57,761 nucleotides of DNA from Chloroflexia bacterium. GTDB taxonomy: Bacteria; Chloroflexota; Chloroflexia; Thermomicrobiales; CADCWN01. Below the pieces are notes generated by a model, which ran no database searches, had not been told where the DNA came from, and was given only the letters and a program-made list of their open reading frames with translations. Positions 47,631 through 55,178 of this stretch are shown one piece after another; the first letter of the stretch is position 1, and every line of letters begins with the position of its first letter. The stretch is from assembly GCA_039810045.1 (NCBI GenBank), contig JBDHWF010000005.1:1-57761 (forward strand). Reading direction: 5' to 3'. The translations under genes and the position numbers were made by a program.

Positions 47631-48180
47631 TTATCCACACCTGTGGAAAAATGGTGGATAGAATCTGTCACTGTCCACGTTCACACCGCTGGTTAATCTC
47701 ATCGACGATTGCTTATCCACAGCATGATCAACTTATCCACAGGGAATGATCAGTTATCCACAAGCCAATTGGTTGCTCGGCATCGTTCTAACAGCTTTGG
47801 GCAGGGAAATGTGTCATTTCCATTGGATTATTGCCAAATTTGTCATCGTAACTGCTTCTCGATCTAGAACAGCAATGATCATAATGATTGTGGATAACTC
47901 TGGGGAAAGCAGGGGATAAGTTCCCAAATCTGGGGATAAGGTTGGGTATAGTCCGTGGGTGGTTTGTGGAGAAGATCGCTTCGCACTACGCCGTTCTCCA
48001 CAGGCCCACCAGTTGTGGACAAGTTATCCCCAGGCTTTGGCAAAGGATTTTCCTTGTCATTGCTAAGGAAATGAGCGTTATCCACCGTATCCACACCCCC
48101 TACGATCGAATACTGGTTTAATCCTGATCTTTAATCAAATAAATAAAGATGGTCGAATCCTTCGTGGCAAAAGTGGATAA
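47631..48180. other. Probable chromosomal replication origin (oriC)
   Basis: Five perfect TTATCCACA boxes (47631, 47713, 47733, 47754, and 47889 reverse). About nine 1-mismatch boxes (47642, 47931, 47965, 47994, 48014, 48024, 48078, 48087, 48172). AT-rich tract at 48117-48150. Gene-free. Confidence 0.85.
47671..47687 (-). repeat. 17-bp motif, copy 5 (inside the oriC candidate)
   Basis: CTGTCCACGTTCACACC between DnaA boxes. Confidence 0.97.
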
Positions 48181-48274
48181 CGTTACGAACGAACTAGCCC
48201 CTTGCTATACTCACCATCCGATATACAGAGAACCCTTCCAGGCTGCTAATAGCCGAAGGGAAAGGGAGACAGCA

Positions 48275-49270
48275 ATGCGCAACCTGCGAACTGAGGGAGG
48301 CAGCGATCAATCGGCGACTCAGCCACGGCTGGCCGTTGATCTTGGTGATGCCACTATTCACGCTGCCCTGATTGATTCCGCTGGGCAGATTATTGCCCGG
48401 CAACAGGCGCTAACAGGGCTACAGGATGGCGTAGAGGCCGTTCTTGACCGGGTAGCGAAGACGATCAATATGGTGGCTATCGAAGCCACCATAGCCGCTG
48501 ATACCCCGGTGGGCGTTGCGCTGGCGGAGTCACTGCAAGCAGCGGCGGAGGTGAGGCAAGTTGCGCCCACCCTGGACTGGCGCAACTTGCCGCTACGGGA
48601 TCTGCTGACGGCACGAATCGGCAAACCAGTAACGATTGACAGCGGTATCCATGCTGGGACGTATGGCGAGTGGCGCTATGGCGCTGGTCAAGGTGCCAAT
48701 CACTTTATCTTTATTAACTGTGACAATGAGGTGAGCGCAGGAATTGTGATCGATGGACACCTTTTGTTGGGGCAGGCAGGGCGGGCGGGCGCAGTTGGGC
48801 ATATGGTCATCACCGTAGATGGCCCACAGTGCCACTGTGGGGGCCGTGGCTGCGTAGAAACGTATGTAGGGGGCTGGGCGATTGAATCAGCCGCCGCCGC
48901 GCTTCTAGAGGCTGGTATGCCCAGTATCCTGACGGAACTGATGGCTGAGCGTGGCGAGAAGCTTAGTGGTCCGTTGATCAACTATGCCGCTGCCCATGAT
49001 GATGGTGTGGCACTTGAGGTGCTGGCGCGGGCTGGACGGGCGCTGGGGTTTGCCGTGGCGTCGTTGATCCAGCTGTTTAATCCGGAGATCGTGGCGATTG
49101 GCGGTGATGTGATCAGCGCTGGTCAATTCCTGTTTGATCCGTTGCAGGAAGCGTTGGCGGAACAACTGCTTCAAGATTTTGAGCAAAATATGCAGGTAGT
49201 CCCTGCGGTACTTGGCCGGGATGCTCGCTTACTTGGCGCTGCTGCTTTGACCCAACTGGTGGCACACTGA
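48275..49270 (+). CDS. ROK-family protein with degenerate catalytic motifs
   Basis: ROK fold with H..CHCGGRGCVETY zinc motif; kinase motifs altered; GGGAG RBS before ATG 48275. Confidence 0.88.
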   Translation: MRNLRTEGGSDQSATQPRLAVDLGDATIHAALIDSAGQIIARQQALTGLQDGVEAVLDRVAKTINMVAIEATIAADTPVGVALAESLQAAAEVRQVAPTLDWRNLPLRDLLTARIGKPVTIDSGIHAGTYGEWRYGAGQGANHFIFINCDNEVSAGIVIDGHLLLGQAGRAGAVGHMVITVDGPQCHCGGRGCVETYVGGWAIESAAAALLEAGMPSILTELMAERGEKLSGPLINYAAAHDDGVALEVLARAGRALGFAVASLIQLFNPEIVAIGGDVISAGQFLFDPLQEALAEQLLQDFEQNMQVVPAVLGRDARLLGAAALTQLVAH

Positions 49271-49303
49271 GCGGCCATACCGCAATAATGAGCAGTTAAA
49301 GTA

Positions 49304-49329
49304 AAGGGAGGGCCAACAGGCCCTCCCTT
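49304..49329. terminator. Hairpin between convergent ROK and oppA genes
   Basis: AAGGGAGGGCC-aaca-GGCCCTCCCTT. Confidence 0.7.
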
Positions 49330-49351
49330 GGTCATGCTGCGCGTTGCGCCC

Positions 49352-51352
49352 TTACTTCTTGACGTAGAGAGAGCGTGACTGATCGGAGAAAATGTTCCAG
49401 TTTGGCTGGGGGATACCAGCCTTCGTCATGGGAATACCACCTAGCTTCGACTTGAACAACGCGTAAGCGAAGCCGTAATACAGCGGCACATAGGCACCGT
49501 CTTCCTGCATCAGCTTCTCTGCCTGGCGATAGAGTTCGCCACGCTTCGTGGTATCTGGCTCAGCAGAGGCCTTCTCCACAAGATCGTCATAGGCGCTATT
49601 GCTCCACGCCTGCCGCTTGCCACTGGCCTTGCGGCTGTAGAAGACATCCTTGTAGAAGTTGTTCGGGTCGGGATAGTCCATATACCAGCGGATGAAGATC
49701 AACTGGTACTGGCGACCGAACATTGGAGCATTGAAGGCGGTGGTCGGCTTGATATCAAGCTCGATCTCCAACCCTAAGTTCTGCTTCAACTGCGCCTGGA
49801 TAAACTCAGCAGCAGTCTTTGTTACTGCCCCTTCATCGCGCATCGACATCACCACCTTGCTGGGGAACTTGCCACCAGCGTATGGCGTGCCATCCAACAG
49901 TTTCTTGGCCGCGTCTGGATTGAAGTCCACCGCAGTCTTAAACTCAGGATACTTCGCTGGATCGATGAAATATGGAATATCAGGAGCGATCAGGCTGTAG
50001 GCTGGCTCACCCAGGTTTTGGATGACCTTGACCAGTTGATCGCGGTTGATCGCTTTCTGCATCGCCAACCGCACCTTCTTGCCATTATCACCACTGAATG
50101 GCTCCTTATCGACCTCAGGCACAAGGTAGAAGAGCCCACTTTGCGAGTGCCGCACCAACTCGGTCTTCAGTTTTGGATCGGCGAGCAATCGGGGAATATC
50201 ACCAACGGGAATCCCGGTAAAGGAGCGATAGTCAATCTGACCAGTTTCGTAGGGAGCCAGACCAGCAGTGTTTGGAATAACTGGCACATTGATCGTTTTA
50301 AGATTGGGCTTTGTGCCAGCATACTTGTCGTTCCGCTCCATTGTATATTGCTTGCCACGTTCCCATTTCGTCAGCACGAATGGACCATTTGAGATTACTG
50401 GTGCGCCGGTAACCGCTGGCTCCGTCCACTTGTCACCAAATTTATCGACTGATGGCTTGTGAGCGGGCAGGGCGGCGGCATAGGCCGAGAGGATTGGGAA
50501 GTATCCCCGCGGTCCTTCAAGAGTCACTTCGAGCGTATTCTTGTCGATGGCCTTCAAGCCCAGATCGCTACCTTTGGCACCCTTTCCTGTATTGAATGAC
50601 GAAGCATTCTTGATGTCGAGCAGGAACCCAGCGTAGGCAGCGGCAGTGGCCGGGTCAAGCTGGCGGGTCCAGGACCAGATGAAGTCATCTGCCGTCACCG
50701 GATCACCATTGCTCCACACAGCCTTCGGATCAAGCTTATAGGTAATCTTCGCGCCATTGTCACTAAAGGAGTAAGATGTCGCTACGCCAGCACAGAGAGC
50801 ATAGTCTGGATCATAGCGAAGTAAGCCATCCCAGATTGACGTCGAACCATTACAATAGAGGTCTTTGTTGAAGTCAAAGCTACTGGGATCTTCAGCTGTG
50901 AAAGAGTTGAAAATTTGCTGAGCATCGGCTGCTGCATCCGTTGGCTTCGGCAGCGAGGCCGGCCAGGTCGAGAGCTCTGGTACAGCACTACCCCCTGCTG
51001 CTGGTGTGCTACCTGCGGGACGTGTTGCTGTGCCAGCGGCTGGGGCTGTGGAGCCAGCTGGTGATGCAGCGGCAGCGCCAGATGCTGATGGGGCAGTCGA
51101 AGCCGCTGTTGATGGCCTGGCCGAAGCCGCTGTTGATGCGGCAGTTGAGGCGGCGGCTGATGGTGCGGTGGAAGCAGGTGCCGTTGTTGGGGTCTCACTT
51201 GCCCCACAAGCGGCGAGGGCTGCTGCACCACCAAGTGCGCCCATCAGGGCCAGGAATTGCCGCCTGGGCATCCGCCCAGCTTTCATCCGTTCTTCGAAAA
51301 GTTTGACCTGTTCAGGATCATTTAACCAATCTGTTGGCGTCGGTACGCGCAT
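49352..51352 (-). CDS. oppA: Peptide ABC transporter substrate-binding lipoprotein (OppA-like, Tat signal)
   Basis: PRRQFL twin-Arg motif, ALAAC lipobox, A/S/T/P linker, family-5 motifs (WSNG.PVTA.DF, NGPF.L..W, YPDP). Confidence 0.92.
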   Translation of the reverse strand: MRVPTPTDWLNDPEQVKLFEERMKAGRMPRRQFLALMGALGGAAALAACGASETPTTAPASTAPSAAASTAASTAASARPSTAASTAPSASGAAAASPAGSTAPAAGTATRPAGSTPAAGGSAVPELSTWPASLPKPTDAAADAQQIFNSFTAEDPSSFDFNKDLYCNGSTSIWDGLLRYDPDYALCAGVATSYSFSDNGAKITYKLDPKAVWSNGDPVTADDFIWSWTRQLDPATAAAYAGFLLDIKNASSFNTGKGAKGSDLGLKAIDKNTLEVTLEGPRGYFPILSAYAAALPAHKPSVDKFGDKWTEPAVTGAPVISNGPFVLTKWERGKQYTMERNDKYAGTKPNLKTINVPVIPNTAGLAPYETGQIDYRSFTGIPVGDIPRLLADPKLKTELVRHSQSGLFYLVPEVDKEPFSGDNGKKVRLAMQKAINRDQLVKVIQNLGEPAYSLIAPDIPYFIDPAKYPEFKTAVDFNPDAAKKLLDGTPYAGGKFPSKVVMSMRDEGAVTKTAAEFIQAQLKQNLGLEIELDIKPTTAFNAPMFGRQYQLIFIRWYMDYPDPNNFYKDVFYSRKASGKRQAWSNSAYDDLVEKASAEPDTTKRGELYRQAEKLMQEDGAYVPLYYGFAYALFKSKLGGIPMTKAGIPQPNWNIFSDQSRSLYVKK

Positions 51353-51615
51353 GGAGTGTCCTCCTCTGTCTCTATCCCTCGCCCACTCCGACCAGGGGCG
51401 AATTACCGATATTCCAGTACGGGCGTATCTGGCTAGCCATTCAGGGGTGTTCCGCCTGTCATTGCGGGACCAAGAGCATACGCCCTCCTTTCCAACATCC
51501 TAGCTCGCCATTGACACAACCGTGCGTCGGCATCGTGAAAATCGATACGGGCTATTGTGTCTCCGGCCCGTGGTGACCGTAGCAAATACGGTCATGGAGT
51601 CAGCGATTTGAGGTA

Positions 51616-52557
51616 TTAGTCGCGCTTTGAACCGGGATCAAGCGCGTCACGCAGACCATCACCTAAGAAGGTAAATGCAAGCATCGTGATGCCCAACGCT
51701 AATGACGGCCAAACTAACATCCAGGGATATGAGCGGAGATATTGCTGGTTCTCGCCAACCATCAACCCCCAACTGGTCTGTGGGGGGCCGATGCCAACGC
51801 CAATGAAACTAAGGAACGACTCGGTGAAAATAGCGGTGGGGATACCAAACGTCAGCGAGACAATGATCGGGGTAAGCGCATTGGGTAGCATGTGCTTGAT
51901 AATCATGCGGGAATCAGTGGCCCCAATCGACCGGGCGGCGATCACAAAATCTCGTTCGCGCAAGGTCAGAAATTGGGATCGTACCAGGCGAGCGAGCGTG
52001 ACCCAGCCAGTGAGCCCAATGGCAATAAAGATATTGCCAAGCCCGCGTCCCCACATTGACATCAGCAGGATGACGAACAGGAGTTGTGGGAAGGCATACA
52101 TGACATCAACAAAGCGCATCAGCAGGAGATCAGTCTTGCCACCAAAGAAACCTGAGATTGCCCCAATTGGTACACCAATGGCTAAGACAATGAGCTGCGC
52201 GACCAGCCCAACCAGCAGCGACACCCGCGCGCCCCAGATGATCCGGCTGAGAATATCGCGACCAAGTTGATCTGCACCCATTGGATATTTGGCACTGGGT
52301 GGAGCATAGAGCGAGTCATAGTTTTGAGCATCCAGCCCTTCGCGAGCGAGGACTGGGGCAAAAACTGCGAGAAGCCCAATAAAGATAACGGCAACTAAGC
52401 CAGCGATCGCCAGTTTGTTTTTGCGGAGGCGTCGCCAAGCATCATTCCAGAGGCTTGATTGCTTGCGGGTTTTCTTGCCTAAACCAATATTGGCAAGGCC
52501 CGACTCTGCTGCTGGCGGTTGCCCTTCTCGGGGTGCGGGTGAAATATTCTCTGCCAT
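51616..52557 (-). CDS. oppC: Peptide ABC transporter permease
   Basis: MGADQLGRD, GARVSL, FV.AARSIGA, ESFLSFIG.G, GDGLRDALDP. Confidence 0.93.
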   Translation of the reverse strand: MAENISPAPREGQPPAAESGLANIGLGKKTRKQSSLWNDAWRRLRKNKLAIAGLVAVIFIGLLAVFAPVLAREGLDAQNYDSLYAPPSAKYPMGADQLGRDILSRIIWGARVSLLVGLVAQLIVLAIGVPIGAISGFFGGKTDLLLMRFVDVMYAFPQLLFVILLMSMWGRGLGNIFIAIGLTGWVTLARLVRSQFLTLRERDFVIAARSIGATDSRMIIKHMLPNALTPIIVSLTFGIPTAIFTESFLSFIGVGIGPPQTSWGLMVGENQQYLRSYPWMLVWPSLALGITMLAFTFLGDGLRDALDPGSKRD

Positions 52558-52608
52558 TCCAGCTTTTCTCCCTATCTCAGCAGTCGTAATGTTTTAGTCC
52601 CTTACCGT

Positions 52609-53547
52609 TTAGCGGCCCAGGCGGATGCGTGGATCAAGTACCCCATAGAGCATATCAACGATCAAATTCATAATGGCGAGGAAAGCGCCATACAGAAGGA
52701 TCACCGCCATAATCATTGGATAATCACTACTCAGCATACTGGTGACAAAGAATTTCCCCATCCCATTGATCGCAAACATTTGCTCAACCACGAATGTACC
52801 AGTGCCGACTGCGGCGAAGAGTGGGCCAATGACGGTAATTACAGGTACCAGAGCGTTTTTCATCACGTGGGTCATAATAATTTGGCGTTCTGAAAGACCC
52901 TTTGCCCGCGCAGTGCGTACATAGTCAGAGCGTAGCACTTCAATCATACTCGCGCGGGTGTAGCGCGTAAGTGTCGCAATAGGAAAGAGGGCGAGAACAA
53001 GGGTTGGTAACACCAATGTCTTTGGATCGGCGAAATCCCAGCCAGTCGCTGGTAACCATTTGAGCACCAGCGCGAATAAGACAATTAAGAGAACCGCGAT
53101 GACGAAATTGGGTAGTGATGTGCCTAAAACGGCAATGCCAGCACTCAAATAGTCAATCCACGAATTTTGTTTAATCGCGGCAAGTGTGCCGAGGGTAATC
53201 CCCACAATCGTCGCAAGCAGCATCGCCATCGCCCCAAGTTGGAGTGAGATGGGGAAGGTTTGCCCAATAATTTCATTGATGGTACGAGTTTTATAGGTAA
53301 ACGAAGTGCCAAAGTCACCGCGCATAGCATTCCAGAGGAAGGTGCGATATTGCCACCAGAGCGGCTTATCGAGATTGTACTTGGCGCGGAGATTAGCCAT
53401 TGCTTCGGGACTGAGCGCATTGCGCCCCTGAATACTGGGATCAAGCGGGCTCCCAGGTGTGTTGTGGGCGACGGCAAAGACAATTGCCGACATAACGAGC
53501 AGGGTAGGCACCAACCAGAACAGGCGATTCAGTGCGTACTGAAGCAT
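52609..53547 (-). CDS. oppB: Peptide ABC transporter permease
   Basis: GDFG.S, PISLQLG, YVRTARAKGL, H..KNAL.P, DPRIR; AAGGAG RBS before ATG 53547. Confidence 0.93.
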   Translation of the reverse strand: MLQYALNRLFWLVPTLLVMSAIVFAVAHNTPGSPLDPSIQGRNALSPEAMANLRAKYNLDKPLWWQYRTFLWNAMRGDFGTSFTYKTRTINEIIGQTFPISLQLGAMAMLLATIVGITLGTLAAIKQNSWIDYLSAGIAVLGTSLPNFVIAVLLIVLFALVLKWLPATGWDFADPKTLVLPTLVLALFPIATLTRYTRASMIEVLRSDYVRTARAKGLSERQIIMTHVMKNALVPVITVIGPLFAAVGTGTFVVEQMFAINGMGKFFVTSMLSSDYPMIMAVILLYGAFLAIMNLIVDMLYGVLDPRIRLGR

Positions 53548-53846
53548 GCGTATACTCCTTAAAAGAGTCAATTCAGATACCCATCACTGGTGATGGGCTA
53601 TAGCCTGAATGGTCCGCGTTGGTTACTCAGTAATCCCCCATGCTGATCGCTCTGGATTACTCAACCAACCACTTACCTACTTGGCAAAGACCGTCCTACT
53701 TAGGGTGCGTTTTCAGTATAACAGGAGACGCATGAGAACGTGCTAAAGTTCCCACCTTCGGTGATCAAACCGAGATCTTCCTGAACCCTCCCACCCAGTT
53801 TCGGGTAAGTCGTCACAATCTCTGCCTAACTTGGCATGGTTGCCGC

Positions 53847-53875
53847 ACTGTAACATAGGGTAAAACAAGTGTCAA
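53847..53875 (-). promoter_or_regulatory. Putative sigma70 promoter of oppBCA
   Basis: Minus strand TTGACA-17 nt-TACAGT with a TG extended -10; implies a leader of about 290 nt. Confidence 0.65.
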
Positions 53876-54106
53876 TACAGGTTGGAAGACAAATCCTCTC
53901 AGCAATTCTCGGCTAATTAGTAAGAATCTTGTATTTAGCCCCTTGCATTATGCTATCCTACCTGCTACATCTATCCTGGATCTGGTACCGTGCCTCTGGT
54001 CTGGAAGCTGGTATGACAGTGATCACCATTTCTGGGACAGGGGAACGGACGTATCCTGGAGTCGATGGCAGAGTTTGCGGCTAGTGGGCATTGCAGGAGG
54101 TCGAAG

Positions 54107-55075
54107 ATGACAGCAGGAGCAGCGGAGCATCCAAAATATCTGTGGTGGGATGGAAAAAAAGTGCCCTGGCAGGACGCCACAGTTCACGTTTCACAAATGC
54201 ACTGGTCAGCAGTATCAGCAATCTTTGAGGGGATCATGGCGTACTGGAACGATGAGCAGGAAGAGCTCTTCGTTTTTCAGCTTGATGCCCACCTCGCACG
54301 GTTGCTGCGTTCGCAGAAGATGATGCGGATGCGCCAGGATTACACGGTGGAGCAACTCAAAGAGGCCATTGTCGATCTGTTGCAGGAAAACGATCACCGC
54401 CATGATACCTATGTCTTCCCTTATGCCTATCCCGCTGGCGGGCAACGGTTTCGCTCGTTTAACTCGGCCTCAAACTTGGGCGCAGCGCAGATTATGGTGA
54501 CAACACGCCCTTCGGCTTCGCACCTGCTGAAGAATGATCTGAAGCACGCTTGCACCAGCACCTGGGTGCGCATCTCGGACAATGTGATGCCACCGCGGAT
54601 CAAGAACATTGCTAACTATCGTAATGGCCAGCTCGCCTCTGCCGAAGCCAGTATCAATGGCTACGACACTCCCGTGATGTTGAACGCCCAGGGGAAAGTG
54701 GCTGAAGGCCCAGGCTCGTGCTTGATGATGGTGCGTGACGGGAAACTCGTTACCCCAACGGGCACCGATTCGATCCTGGAAAGCATCACCCGCGTGTCAA
54801 TCATGCAGCTGGCCAGGGATCTGGGGATCGAGGTTGTTGAGCGAACGATTGACCGTACCGAACTTTATATTGCCGATGAGGTCTTTTTCTGTGGTACTGC
54901 CGCAGAGATTACCCCGGTTGCCTCGGTCGATCGTTACGAGGTTGGTGATGGCAAACTTGGCCCGGTCACTACCAAGCTGGAGCAACTGTTCCACGATATT
55001 GTGCGCGGCAAAGAGCAACGGTATAGCTCCTGGGTTACCCCAGTTGGTATCCGCAAAGCCGTCGCCGCGGACTAA
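54107..55075 (+). CDS. ilvE: Branched-chain amino acid aminotransferase (class IV PLP)
   Basis: IFEGI, HL.RL..S, KNIANY (PLP Lys), AEGPGS, LESITR, FFCGTAAE.TP; GGAGG RBS. Confidence 0.9.
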   Translation: MTAGAAEHPKYLWWDGKKVPWQDATVHVSQMHWSAVSAIFEGIMAYWNDEQEELFVFQLDAHLARLLRSQKMMRMRQDYTVEQLKEAIVDLLQENDHRHDTYVFPYAYPAGGQRFRSFNSASNLGAAQIMVTTRPSASHLLKNDLKHACTSTWVRISDNVMPPRIKNIANYRNGQLASAEASINGYDTPVMLNAQGKVAEGPGSCLMMVRDGKLVTPTGTDSILESITRVSIMQLARDLGIEVVERTIDRTELYIADEVFFCGTAAEITPVASVDRYEVGDGKLGPVTTKLEQLFHDIVRGKEQRYSSWVTPVGIRKAVAAD

Positions 55076-55093
55076 CAGTCTTCTACACGCAAG

Positions 55094-55143
55094 ATAGAAT
55101 GAGCCAACCGCAGCGGGTACCCGCTGCGGTTGGCTCATTCTAT
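55094..55143. repeat. Perfect 50-bp palindrome with no spacer
   Basis: ATAGAATGAGCCAACCGCAGCGGGT|ACCCGCTGCGGTTGGCTCATTCTAT. Confidence 0.97.
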
Positions 55144-55178
55144 GAGGGTAAGGCAGGGGCAGTTGAAAGGAGTTGGTG

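Noticed and set aside
35396-47687. Calling the 17-mer a canonical parS, a PHO box or a CRISPR repeat
   Set aside because: It has many mismatches to TGTTTCACGTGAAACA. Its internal repeat period is 6 bp rather than the 11 bp of a PHO box. The copies are kb apart, with no spacer array or cas genes.
48096-48116. DnaA-trio array after the last DnaA boxes (CCCCC-TAC-GAT-CGA-ATA)
   Set aside because: Only two triplets fit the NAN pattern, which is too weak to call, although the position is right.
48148-48162. GGTCGAATCC as a tRNA T-loop
   Set aside because: There is no cloverleaf, and it is not the GTTCGA consensus.
53730-53790. Canonical glycine riboswitch in the opp leader
   Set aside because: It lacks the GGAGAG and CUCUCAGG cores and the tandem aptamer; kept only as an unassigned structured leader.
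44885-55075. GC-skew inversion at the origin
   Set aside because: Manual spot counts were dominated by coding-strand bias and were inconclusive; a whole-genome computation is needed.
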